44,564 nt of DNA from an uncultured Chitinophagaceae bacterium. GTDB taxonomy: Bacteria > Bacteroidota > Bacteroidia > Chitinophagales > LD1. A program made the translations under genes and the position numbers. The stretch covers positions 1-44,564 of the forward strand of contig CAZSEG010000008.1 in the NCBI GenBank assembly GCA_964605875.1, written 5' to 3'. The first letter of the stretch is position 1, and every line of letters begins with the position of its first letter. The notes under the pieces are model-generated. The model saw only the letters and a program-made list of their open reading frames with translations. It had not been told where the DNA came from and made no database searches. Positions 1-9,023 of the stretch are shown one piece after another.

Positions 1-186
1 CGATAAAGTCAGCTACCTGTGGAACTCGACCTAAGGTTTCGAACACGTATGGTTTCAAACTTTGGATAAGTTAACTGTGTCCACCCGCATATCCGCAAAC
101 AGCAAGATTTACACAAACTGTGCAATCAAAATCGGTTTCGCTAAAACTTATGTATATTCTTTGCCGTTGGAAAAAGTGCGTAATAA

Positions 187-2775
187 ATGAGTGATGAGTT
201 AGAAAATCAACCGCAGGCAGATGAAGCCGTTCACATTGACGGCATGTTCAAAAACTGGTTTTTGGACTATGCAAGTTATGTGATTCTGGAACGCGCTGTG
301 CCTGCCATCGAAGACGGCTTGAAGCCCGTGCAGCGCAGGATTCTGCACGCGCTGAACGAAATGGATGACGGGCGTTTCAACAAGGTGGCGAATGTTATCG
401 GGCAGACCATGCAATACCATCCTCATGGCGATGCCAGCATAGGCGAAGCCCTTGTAAACATGGGGCAAAAGGAATTGCTTTTCGACATTCAGGGTAACTG
501 GGGCGACATCCGCACGGGTGACTCTGCCGCTGCCCCGCGATACATTGAAGTGCGCCTTTCAAAGTTTGCCAAAGAAGTTGCTTTTAACGACCAAACCACC
601 GAATGGCAACTGAGTTATGACGGGCGCAAACGCGAACCCGTGAACCTGCCGATGAAATTTCCGTTGGCGATTTCGCAGGGCGCGGATGGCATTGCAGTCG
701 GGCTTTCCACAAAAATTCTGCCGCATAATTTTATCGAATTGTGCAAAGGTTCAATTGATATTCTGAAAGGAAAAAAGGTGAAACTCTATCCCGATTTTCC
801 CACTGCGGGTTTTGCCGATGTGAGCGAATACAACGGTGGCGCAAGAGGCGGAAAAGTGAAGGTGCGCGCAAAGATTGAAACCGTTGACAAAAAGAATTTA
901 ATCATCACCGAAATTCCTTTTTCAACCACTACCACTTCGCTGATTGAAAGCATTTTGAAAGCCAACGAAAAAGGCAAAATCAAAATCAAAAAAGTAACCG
1001 ATAACACCGCAAAAAATGTCGAGATAAATATTGAATTGCAGGCGGGCGTTGATGCCGACAAAACCATTGACGCGCTTTACGCTTTCACCGATTGCGAAGT
1101 GAGCATCAGTCCCAATGCGTGTGTGATTCAGGGCGATAAGCCGTTGTTTACAACGGTTGATGAAATTCTTCGCATTTCAACGGAAGCCACGAAAGAACTG
1201 CTGAAACGCGAGCTGGAGATCAAGCAGGCGGCATTAAATGAATCGTGGCATTTCGCTTCGCTCGAAAAAATATTTATCGAAAAAAGAATTTACCGCGACA
1301 TCGAAGAAGCCGAAACTTTTGAAGATGTTATCGCAAGAATTGATAAGGGTTTGAAGCCTTACAAAAAACTTTTCCGCAGGGAAATTACGCAGGATGATAT
1401 TATTCGCCTTACGGAAATCAAAATTAAACGCATATCGAAATACGATTCGTTTAAAGCCGATGAGGAAATTAAAAAAATTGAAGAAGGTTTAACACAAGTA
1501 GCTTACGATTTAGAGCATCTCACCGATTTTTCGATTGCGTATTTTGAAAATCTTTTGAAGAAATACGGCAAAGGGCGCGAGCGCAAAACGGAACTGAAAG
1601 GTTTTGAAAATATTGAAGTGAAAGCCGTTGTGTTCAACAACACAAAATTATATGTAAACCGCGCAGAAGGCTTTGCGGGCGCGGGTTTGAAGAAGGATGA
1701 ATTTGTTTGCGATTGTTCCGACATTGACGATATTATCGCTTTTACGCGAAGCGGAAAAATGATGGTCTTTAAAATTGAAGATAAAAAATTTGTGGGCAAA
1801 GACATCATTCACATTGCCGTTTGGAAAAAAGGCGATGACCGCACCGCCTACAATTTGGCGTATTACGATGGCGCAAGCAAACGCAGTTTTGTGAAGCGGT
1901 TTAATGTTACGTCCATCACGCGCAACACCGAATATGATTTAACGCAGGGCAGCGCGGGCAGCAAGATTTTATATTTCACCGTGAACCCCAACAGCGAAAG
2001 CGAAGTGGTGCGTATTCAACTGCATCCCAACGCTTCCGCACGCATCAAAGAATTTGATTTCGATTTTGGCAGCATTGACATCAAAGGCAGGCAGGCGCAA
2101 GGAAATATTCTTACAAAATTTCCGGTGCGCAAAATTGATTTGAAAGAACGCGGTGCATCGAGCATTGGCGGTTTAAAAATCTGGTTCGACCCCGAATACG
2201 GCAGATTGAATCGCGATGAAAAAGGAAATTATTTGGGTGAATTTGACACGGGCGATAAAATTCTTGTCGCTTACAAAGACGGAAACATAGAACTCACCGA
2301 TTTTGAAATTACCAACCGCTACGAGCCGAATGATATTTATTTAGTAGAAAAATTTAATCCCGAAAAAATTTACAGTTGCATTTATTTTGACGGCAACAGC
2401 AAGAATTGGTATGTAAAGCGTTTCCATATTGAATTGAAAACCGAAAAGGTGAAGTCATCTATTATCACTGACCATAAGGATAGTAAGCTGGCATTGTTCT
2501 CTGCCAAACAAAATCCGGTTGCCAAATTCAACATCGTGAAGGGCAAGGATAAAGAGAAATATGAAGTTGAACAGCCGCTGAACGACATCATGGATGTGAA
2601 AGGTTGGAAAGCCTTGGGTAACCGTCTTACGCAATTTGTCGTTACAGGAAAAATAGCAGACATTTCACCGGAAGACGAACAACTACCGGAGGATGATTTA
2701 AAAGTAGGTGATACCATAGAGTGGAATGTAAACGATAAAGCAGGAAAAAAAGGCGAGCAGGGAGGATTGTTTTAA
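187..2775 (+). CDS. parC: DNA topoisomerase IV subunit A (type IIA topoisomerase A subunit, ParC-like)
   Basis: 862-aa ORF. N-terminal 'FLDYASYVILERAVPAIEDGLKPVQRRILHAL' and the catalytic-Tyr region 'AAPRYIEVRLS' are typical of GyrA/ParC. Length and N-terminus fit Bacteroidota ParC better than GyrA. Confidence 0.88.
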   Translation: MSDELENQPQADEAVHIDGMFKNWFLDYASYVILERAVPAIEDGLKPVQRRILHALNEMDDGRFNKVANVIGQTMQYHPHGDASIGEALVNMGQKELLFDIQGNWGDIRTGDSAAAPRYIEVRLSKFAKEVAFNDQTTEWQLSYDGRKREPVNLPMKFPLAISQGADGIAVGLSTKILPHNFIELCKGSIDILKGKKVKLYPDFPTAGFADVSEYNGGARGGKVKVRAKIETVDKKNLIITEIPFSTTTTSLIESILKANEKGKIKIKKVTDNTAKNVEINIELQAGVDADKTIDALYAFTDCEVSISPNACVIQGDKPLFTTVDEILRISTEATKELLKRELEIKQAALNESWHFASLEKIFIEKRIYRDIEEAETFEDVIARIDKGLKPYKKLFRREITQDDIIRLTEIKIKRISKYDSFKADEEIKKIEEGLTQVAYDLEHLTDFSIAYFENLLKKYGKGRERKTELKGFENIEVKAVVFNNTKLYVNRAEGFAGAGLKKDEFVCDCSDIDDIIAFTRSGKMMVFKIEDKKFVGKDIIHIAVWKKGDDRTAYNLAYYDGASKRSFVKRFNVTSITRNTEYDLTQGSAGSKILYFTVNPNSESEVVRIQLHPNASARIKEFDFDFGSIDIKGRQAQGNILTKFPVRKIDLKERGASSIGGLKIWFDPEYGRLNRDEKGNYLGEFDTGDKILVAYKDGNIELTDFEITNRYEPNDIYLVEKFNPEKIYSCIYFDGNSKNWYVKRFHIELKTEKVKSSIITDHKDSKLALFSAKQNPVAKFNIVKGKDKEKYEVEQPLNDIMDVKGWKALGNRLTQFVVTGKIADISPEDEQLPEDDLKVGDTIEWNVNDKAGKKGEQGGLF

Positions 2776-2808
2776 AAAAGCGCTTCTTCACTTTACAATC
2801 AATATTGA

Positions 2809-5610
2809 ATGGCAGCAAAAGCAGTAGCAAAAACAACAGCAAGCAAAAGTTTCATTGACTTCAAGTCGGTGATATTTTGGGTGTTGGCTATTGTGTTTTT
2901 CTGCTATGCAAATTCACTGACCAATGACTACAATATGGATGATGAGATTGTAACCGTCAATCATCCGCTTACTTCAAAAGGTATTTCGGCAATTCCCGAT
3001 ATTTTAAAATCACCTTATTTCCAAAGCGATATTTACTCGTATGAATACCGCCCGATTGTACATATCAGCTTTGCAATAGAGCATCAGTTTTTGGGACAAA
3101 GTCCGTTTGTAAGTCATTTAATAAATCTGCTTTTATATCTGCTGCTTATTTATGTAGCATTTGATTTATTAAAGCGATTATTTCCTGCCATCAATCAAAC
3201 CATTCTTGCCGCAATTGTTTTAGTCTTTGCATTGCATCCAACGCACACAGAAGTTGTTGCAAGCATTAAAAACAGGGATGAAATTCTTGCATTATTATTT
3301 TCTTTTTTAGCATGGCGGGAAGCAATAAAATTTACAACTACAAAACAATGGTGGAGGATTTTATTGGTTGTGTTGTTATTTAATCTGGCAATGGGAGCGA
3401 AGGTTACGGTACTTTCATTTGCAATTATTATTCCTATTTCAATTCTGCTCTTAAATACAGGGAATTGGAAAGTTCTCTTAATTACTTTTATACTGTCGGT
3501 TTCTGTTGTGCTTTGGTTGCAGCAATTAAACATAGGAAAGCAGATAATTTTTGTTTTGCTGAACGTTTCTTTTTCTGCTTTAATCCTGAGGATTAGAAAT
3601 ATTGAATTTCACAAATTCTTATCCGAAGCGCGGGACGATAATCAGGAATTAAAAGGCACAATTGAGTTAAAGAAAATATTTCAGATATTAAAAACTTACT
3701 ATCCTTATTTGCTTGCCGTTTTATTCGCCTTATCTTTTTTCGGCTTTATTTATCCTTCGGCATTGGGAATTATCGGTGTTATTTTTCTGATGGTTTTACT
3801 TCAGGCATTTTCCAAAGGAGAAATAAAAATTTTCTGGACGATTTGCCTGTTTTTAGCATTAATCTCATTAGCTGCTTTTTTGCCGAGAAAGCACATCAAT
3901 TCAATTTTATTTTGTTTGATATTCATACCGATAGGTCTTTATTATTTTAAAACAATATCCAAGAATGTTTTAATTGCCGGATTCGCACTTTTGGTTCTTG
4001 TATCTTTTGTACATATACATAGCCTTTGGTGGATAACCCTTGTCGCTGTTGTTTATTATTATTCTACAGAAAAGAAATTATTGACTAAATTAAATTTGGC
4101 ATTAATAATTGTATTAACCATTTGTTTAGCATATATTTTAATTAGCGGCAAGAATGTAGAAACCATCGCAAAACTGCTCATTGTTGTGGTTGTCGCTTCT
4201 TTTTCAATGCGAAAATTTCCCGATTATATTGCAACCAATCTCTATGCTTTATGCTTAATTTTCCTTTTTTACGCGGCAGTTTTTTCGGAACGCAGTTTTT
4301 TTAACCATCACTCAAAAGACTTTATTCAGGTAATTCAACAAAGCGATGTAAACACCTCAAACAGCGTTAATATTGTTCCAACTCAAACATACCGTCCTGT
4401 TTTATTTGCAGAGTTTCCCGTTAATATTTACGAAGATCCTTTAGAAATTAAAATCGGTACTTCTGCCGAAGTTTTATTGAAATATTTAAAACTCACTTTA
4501 ATTCCTTATCCGCTTTCTTTTTATTACGGATATTCTGAAATAAAACCTGTTTCCGTAAATAATTTATTGCCGATTATTTCAATCATAATTCATGCGTTGC
4601 TGTTAATTGCTGCTGCATTATCGTTTAAAAGAAATAAATTAATTTCATTCGGCATTTTACTTTACTTAATAAGCATTGCGCCTTTTTCAGCGTTGGCAGC
4701 TCCGATTCCGGGAGTGATGGCTGACAGGTATTTGTTTGCACCGACACTCGGTTTTGCGATGGTTGTAATTGGAGTAATTACATGGTTGGTAAAAACAGAT
4801 TGGCATTCAAAATTATCCGGCATTTCAGTTTTTCCTAAAAATGCAAGATATGTTTTAGGTGGTTTGTTATTAGCATATACTTCATTAACTATTGCGCGAA
4901 ATAATGACTGGAAAGACCGGCTAACGCTGTTTAGAAATGACATTATTCATGTTCCCAATTCTGCGCAGGCGCATAATTTATTGGCATATCATTTAAACAG
5001 AACTGCACAGGAAGTTACCGACCCGCTTGAACGCAAAAAACTGATGGAAGAAGCTGTGTTTCATTTTCAACGCGCTACCGAAATTTGGTCTGAATTTATG
5101 AATGCTACTTACGATTTAGGACGCACGCATGAGCAATTAGGAAACTGGAATCAGGCAATTGCTGCATACAAACGAACATTTGAAATTGACACTTCGTTTT
5201 CTGATGCAATTTTCAGAATGGGTATTATTTATGAAGCTGAAAATAAATTGGACTCTGCAATTATTGCCTATCAGTTTGTTACGGAAGATAATCCTGTGAA
5301 TATTACCGCTTTCAACAATTTGAGCTATTGCTATTTCAAAAAACAGGAGTACAGAAATGCCATCGAAACAGGCAGGCGTTCATCTTTTTATCACCCGACA
5401 AATACCGACCCGATTGTAAACATCGGTAAAACATTTTTACACATTAAAGAGAATGACAGCGCACTTTATTACTTTGAAAAAGTTTATCCAAATCGCGCTG
5501 ATGACAAAGGCTTAACAGAGGCGCTTTACAAACTTTGGAATGAAAAAGGAAACATGGAGCGCGCTAATTTTTATTATCGCAGGATGCAGATAATGGGAAT
5601 GGTGCGATAG
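2809..5610 (+). CDS. Multi-pass membrane protein with C-terminal TPR repeats; PMT_2/TMTC-like (GT-C fold) putative glycosyltransferase
   Basis: 933-aa ORF. N-terminal 'NMDDEIVTVNHPL' and 'YRPIVHISFAIEHQFLG..SHLINLLLY' resemble the DUF1736/TMTC-ArnT-type signature. More than 10 hydrophobic helices follow. The last ~230 aa look like TPR repeats ('AHNLLAYHL', 'YDLGRTHEQLGNWNQAIAAYKRTFEID', 'FRMGIIYEAENKLDSAIIAYQ'). Confidence 0.65.
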   Translation: MAAKAVAKTTASKSFIDFKSVIFWVLAIVFFCYANSLTNDYNMDDEIVTVNHPLTSKGISAIPDILKSPYFQSDIYSYEYRPIVHISFAIEHQFLGQSPFVSHLINLLLYLLLIYVAFDLLKRLFPAINQTILAAIVLVFALHPTHTEVVASIKNRDEILALLFSFLAWREAIKFTTTKQWWRILLVVLLFNLAMGAKVTVLSFAIIIPISILLLNTGNWKVLLITFILSVSVVLWLQQLNIGKQIIFVLLNVSFSALILRIRNIEFHKFLSEARDDNQELKGTIELKKIFQILKTYYPYLLAVLFALSFFGFIYPSALGIIGVIFLMVLLQAFSKGEIKIFWTICLFLALISLAAFLPRKHINSILFCLIFIPIGLYYFKTISKNVLIAGFALLVLVSFVHIHSLWWITLVAVVYYYSTEKKLLTKLNLALIIVLTICLAYILISGKNVETIAKLLIVVVVASFSMRKFPDYIATNLYALCLIFLFYAAVFSERSFFNHHSKDFIQVIQQSDVNTSNSVNIVPTQTYRPVLFAEFPVNIYEDPLEIKIGTSAEVLLKYLKLTLIPYPLSFYYGYSEIKPVSVNNLLPIISIIIHALLLIAAALSFKRNKLISFGILLYLISIAPFSALAAPIPGVMADRYLFAPTLGFAMVVIGVITWLVKTDWHSKLSGISVFPKNARYVLGGLLLAYTSLTIARNNDWKDRLTLFRNDIIHVPNSAQAHNLLAYHLNRTAQEVTDPLERKKLMEEAVFHFQRATEIWSEFMNATYDLGRTHEQLGNWNQAIAAYKRTFEIDTSFSDAIFRMGIIYEAENKLDSAIIAYQFVTEDNPVNITAFNNLSYCYFKKQEYRNAIETGRRSSFYHPTNTDPIVNIGKTFLHIKENDSALYYFEKVYPNRADDKGLTEALYKLWNEKGNMERANFYYRRMQIMGMVR

Positions 5611-5613
5611 TAT

Positions 5614-6234
5614 TTACCCGATTTTTCTTCCAATAACATCAAAGGCTTTTAGCTTAAAATCCTTTATTATACTTTCTTCATAATCTGTTTTAAACATTGT
5701 CCAAATCATAACATCGCGCAAGTTGCCGGATGTATCGGTTGTTCTATTCTTCAACGTGGCTTCTAATTGATAACCTAACTTTTTAGGAATAGCCTGACTT
5801 CTGATATTATCGGGAGCGCAATGAATTTCTATTCGTGAAAGCTGTTCTGTTTCAAATCCCACTTTTGTCAATGCGCTTACTGCTTCCAAAGCGTAACCTT
5901 GTTTTATGTGTTTAACACTTATCCAATAACCAATTTCTCTTGCATTATTTTCTACTTTGATGTGAAGCCCTGTTGAACCAATTAATTCGCTTTCTGTTTT
6001 GTCAAAAATTCCAAATACATAATCATGCCCTAAATCAAATTGCCCGCGAAAAAGCCTTAATCTTTCAATCTTGGCATCCAGCGTTTCAGGCTCATTTTTT
6101 GCCCAAGGCATCCAGGGAAGCAGGTGGTCTAAACTTTCTGTTATTGCATCTTGCAGCATTGTTGCATCTGTAGGTTGATAGCAACGTATTATCAATCTTT
6201 CAGTTTCTATTTTATATGCTTTTGCCATTTGCAT
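5614..6234 (-). CDS. GNAT family N-acetyltransferase (RimJ/RimL-like)
   Basis: 'TERLIIRCYQPTDATMLQDAI..LLPWMPWA' and 'IGYWISVKHIKQGYALEAVSAL' are typical of the Acetyltransf_3 family. The ORF track starts at a TTG (6255) that overlaps the upstream gene. I prefer the ATG at 6234 (alternative 6228). Confidence 0.8.
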   Translation of the reverse strand: MQMAKAYKIETERLIIRCYQPTDATMLQDAITESLDHLLPWMPWAKNEPETLDAKIERLRLFRGQFDLGHDYVFGIFDKTESELIGSTGLHIKVENNAREIGYWISVKHIKQGYALEAVSALTKVGFETEQLSRIEIHCAPDNIRSQAIPKKLGYQLEATLKNRTTDTSGNLRDVMIWTMFKTDYEESIIKDFKLKAFDVIGRKIG

Positions 6235-6244
6235 AATAGCGCGA

Positions 6245-7465
6245 TTAAGCCTCAATTACCTTGCTTCCGACAAATTGTTTCGCATAAACTTTTAGTCCTT
6301 CAGCCAGACATTTTATTGCAGCTTCTAAATCGCTTTCGTTTAAAACATAAGCAATGCGCACTTCGTTTTTACCTTCATTTTTGGTTGAATAAAAACCCGA
6401 AGCCGGAGCCATCATTACAGTTGAATTATTGAAAGAAAACACCTCTAACATCCAGCGGCAAAAATCATCGGCATTCTCAACCGGCAATGCTGCTACGCAA
6501 TAAAATGCGCCACCCGGAGTTGGGCATTGCACACCTTCAATTTCGTTTAGTAATTCAATCAGCTTATTTCTTCTGCCTGTGTATTCTTTCACTACTTCAT
6601 CGTAATAGCTTTGTGGTAAATCAAAAAGTGATGCACCCGCAAGTTGCCCGATCGATGGCGGGCTTAATCGTGCCTGCCCGAATTTCAAAGCGGTTTCCAT
6701 CAAACTTTTATTGCGCGATACAATTGCGCCAACCCTTGCTCCGCAAGCCGAAAATCTTTTACTGATGGAATCAATCACTACAACGTGTTCGTTCATACCT
6801 TCAAGGTTCAATGCGCTGAAATGCTTTTTTCCTTCATACACAAACTCGCGATATACTTCATCCACTATCAAAAACAAATTGTGTTTCAGGCAAATGCTGC
6901 GCAGTGTTTCCAATTCTTCTTTGCTGTATAAGTAGCCGGTTGGGTTATTCGGATTACAAATAAGAATTGCTTTGGTGCGTTCGTTTATCAATTGCTCAAA
7001 CGATTCGATAGCAGGTAATGCAAAGCCTGTTTCGATAGAAGTGGAAATTGGTTTTACAATAATATTTCCCGCCTGCGCAAAGCTGATGTAGTTGGCATAC
7101 ATTGGTTCGGGTATGATGATTTCATCGCCATCGTCCATACAACTCATCATAGTAAACGAAAGTGCTTCGCTGCCTCCGTTGGTTATCATAAAAATTTCGG
7201 GCTGCACATTTATATCTATTCGATTATAGTATTTTGAGAACTGTTCGCGGTAGTTTGCAAAGCCTTCGCTCGGGCAATATGCCAGCACATTTATATCCAA
7301 GTTTTTAAGCGCGTCCCAGAACTGTTTGGGCGTTTCAATGTCGGGTTGCCCGATGTTGAGATGAAAAACTTTTACGCCCTTCTTTTTTGCGGCTTCGGCA
7401 AAAGGTGCAAGTTTGCGAATAGGTGATGCGGGCATTTTTGCGCCCTTAGTTGATATTGATGGCAT
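6245..7465 (-). CDS. Pyridoxal-phosphate-dependent aminotransferase, class I (aspartate/aromatic aminotransferase-like)
   Basis: 406 aa. Motifs 'PIRKLA', 'LNIGQPD', 'NPNNPTG' and the PLP-lysine motif 'SISKRFSACGARVG'. Confidence 0.9.
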   Translation of the reverse strand: MPSISTKGAKMPASPIRKLAPFAEAAKKKGVKVFHLNIGQPDIETPKQFWDALKNLDINVLAYCPSEGFANYREQFSKYYNRIDINVQPEIFMITNGGSEALSFTMMSCMDDGDEIIIPEPMYANYISFAQAGNIIVKPISTSIETGFALPAIESFEQLINERTKAILICNPNNPTGYLYSKEELETLRSICLKHNLFLIVDEVYREFVYEGKKHFSALNLEGMNEHVVVIDSISKRFSACGARVGAIVSRNKSLMETALKFGQARLSPPSIGQLAGASLFDLPQSYYDEVVKEYTGRRNKLIELLNEIEGVQCPTPGGAFYCVAALPVENADDFCRWMLEVFSFNNSTVMMAPASGFYSTKNEGKNEVRIAYVLNESDLEAAIKCLAEGLKVYAKQFVGSKVIEA

Positions 7466-7634
7466 TGCTATAAAATTGAGGTGGCGAAAATGGTAAAATT
7501 TCTTGCCCCGTGTCTGTCAAAGATGCTTGGCTTCAGACTAATTTTCTGATTGCCCGACATAAATTCGGACAATAAAGCACACAATAAATGTCAATTTGTG
7601 GAGGCACGGTTATTGAGTAATCGGGTAATTAAAA

Positions 7635-7642
7635 TACATTTG
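7635..7642 (+). promoter_or_regulatory. Candidate Bacteroidota sigma-A -7 box (TAcaTTTG)
   Basis: Exact match to the TAnnTTTG consensus, 33 nt upstream of the trxA ATG. No experimental support. Confidence 0.4.
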
Positions 7643-7674
7643 AACTTCATTCGTTCACAACTAAAAATTATATC

Positions 7675-7995
7675 ATGGCTTTACAATTTACAGACAACAA
7701 CTTCGAGACAACCGTTTTAAAAAGCGATAAAGTGGCAATTGTGGACTTTTGGGCAGAGTGGTGTGGTCCATGCCGCGCAGTAGGTCCAATCGTTGAAGAA
7801 CTTTCAAAGGAATATGAAGGTCGCGCAGTTATCGGCAAAGTGGATGTGGACAACAATCCCGAAACCGCAATGAAATACGGCATCCGCAGTATTCCAACTA
7901 TTTTGTTTATCAAAAATGGTGTAGTGGTTGATAAGCACGTTGGCGCAGCACCAAAAGCGCATTTGGTAGATATACTGAATAAGCATTTGAGCTGA
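7675..7995 (+). CDS. trxA: Thioredoxin
   Basis: 106 aa with the canonical 'WAEWCGPC' active site and thioredoxin length. Confidence 0.95.
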   Translation: MALQFTDNNFETTVLKSDKVAIVDFWAEWCGPCRAVGPIVEELSKEYEGRAVIGKVDVDNNPETAMKYGIRSIPTILFIKNGVVVDKHVGAAPKAHLVDILNKHLS

Positions 7996-8020
7996 TTCGA
8001 AATGAACTACCGAAATAAAA

Positions 8021-8051
8021 ATGCCTGCTCAATTGAGCAGGCATTTTTATT
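8021..8051 (+). terminator. Rho-independent terminator after trxA (looks bidirectional)
   Basis: Perfect 10-bp stem ATGCCTGCTC/GAGCAGGCAT (8021-8030 and 8035-8044) with loop AATT. An A-run precedes it and TTTTATT follows. Confidence 0.75.
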
Positions 8052-8100
8052 CTGCAAGCAATTTAATGAATAATGATACTGCCATAAAAATTGAATCGAA

Positions 8101-8925
8101 ATGACCGGAAGAGAGAAAACTATTATTACCGCTGAACCCGATTCGCTGTGGATATACTTGAATAAAATTTGGCAATATCGTTCGCTGATTTTTGTGTTCG
8201 CCAAACGCGACCTGAAAGTGAAATATGCGCAAACGTGGTTAGGCTTGGGCTGGACGATTGTGCAGCCTTTGACAGGATTGCTGATTTTTTCTTTTTTCTT
8301 CGGTTATGTATTGAAATGGCAGGCGGATGGGCTGCCTTATTCGCTGTATGTTTTGTCGGGTTTATTGGGTTGGAATTTTTTCAATTACATTGTCTATCAA
8401 GGCATGAACAGCGTACAGGAATCGGCTCACGTTATCAAGAAAATTTATTTTCCGAAAGCCGTTCTGCCGTTATCGAAAGTTGTGGTAGCTATGGTTGAAT
8501 TGAGTGTCAGTTTTTTGCTGATTATTCCTTTGCTTATTTGGCATGAACAAGCATTGTCATGGCGCATTATTTTTATTCCCGTGATTTTGTTGTTCAATAT
8601 ACTAATTGCTTTGTTTGTTGTTTTTCTCACGGCATCGCTGTCGTACAGAATAAGAGATTTGTTTCATCTTGTTCCCTTTCTGATGTACTTTGGAATATGG
8701 GTAACGCCTGTGTTTTTCACAAAAACCATATTGCCGCAGCAAATTGACTTTATCTGGTATTTCAACCCTATGGCAGCGGTAGTTGAAGGGTGGCGTTGGT
8801 GCTTGTTTTCAGAATGGCAGTATAATTTGTATTTTGTGCCTGCTTTGTTAAGTATTGTTTTGCTGTTTATTTCAGGCTTTTATATGTACAGCAAAGCAGA
8901 AAGTAAATTCAGTGATTTTGCGTGA
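8101..8925 (+). CDS. wzm: ABC-2 type polysaccharide/O-antigen export permease
   Basis: 274 aa. 'FAKRDLKVKYAQTWLGLGWTIVQPL' is the typical Wzm/TagG/KpsM N-terminal signature, followed by six hydrophobic segments. Confidence 0.85.
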   Translation: MTGREKTIITAEPDSLWIYLNKIWQYRSLIFVFAKRDLKVKYAQTWLGLGWTIVQPLTGLLIFSFFFGYVLKWQADGLPYSLYVLSGLLGWNFFNYIVYQGMNSVQESAHVIKKIYFPKAVLPLSKVVVAMVELSVSFLLIIPLLIWHEQALSWRIIFIPVILLFNILIALFVVFLTASLSYRIRDLFHLVPFLMYFGIWVTPVFFTKTILPQQIDFIWYFNPMAAVVEGWRWCLFSEWQYNLYFVPALLSIVLLFISGFYMYSKAESKFSDFA

Positions 8926-9002
8926 GTTTCGATATAGTTATATTTTCCAAATTATATATTCATTTTGCCATCTCGTGAAAGATGAACAAGGCAATGATGC
9001 GC
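8922..9002 (+). pseudogene. Decayed 5' fragment of a wzt gene (duplicate of 11008-11098)
   Basis: GTG at 8922 overlaps the wzm stop (GTGA). 8922-8937 matches 11008-11023 at 12/16 nt, and 8968-9002 matches 11064-11098 at 30/35 nt (hand alignment). 'HLVKDEQGNDA' corresponds to Wzt 'HPLKDEQGNDT'. A frameshift and an in-frame TGA at 8976 interrupt it. Confidence 0.65.
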
Positions 9003-9023
9003 GGGGGGTATTGATGAACATAT

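Noticed and set aside
1-186. Possible tRNA or 3' gene end at the left edge ('GGTTTCGAA' resembles a T-loop).
   Set aside because: There is no complementary T-stem or acceptor stem on either strand. Only 10-23 codons are open before stops in the plus-strand frames checked, so nothing can be supported.
199-2842. Several 60-110 aa antisense or alternate-frame ORFs inside parC (199-468, 786-1067, 1503-1808, 2382-2717, 2642-2842). Similar ones lie inside most large genes, for example 8169-8498, 36509-37885, 38242-38664 and 43070-43685.
   Set aside because: They lie fully within strongly supported genes, have no motifs and have biased composition typical of shadow ORFs.
7500-7600. tRNA-like or riboswitch-like hairpins upstream of trxA (for example TCAGA-CTAATTT-TCTGA).
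   Set aside because: No cloverleaf can be built: there is no T-arm GTTC, no acceptor stem and position 37 is wrong. It matches no riboswitch consensus that I recognise.
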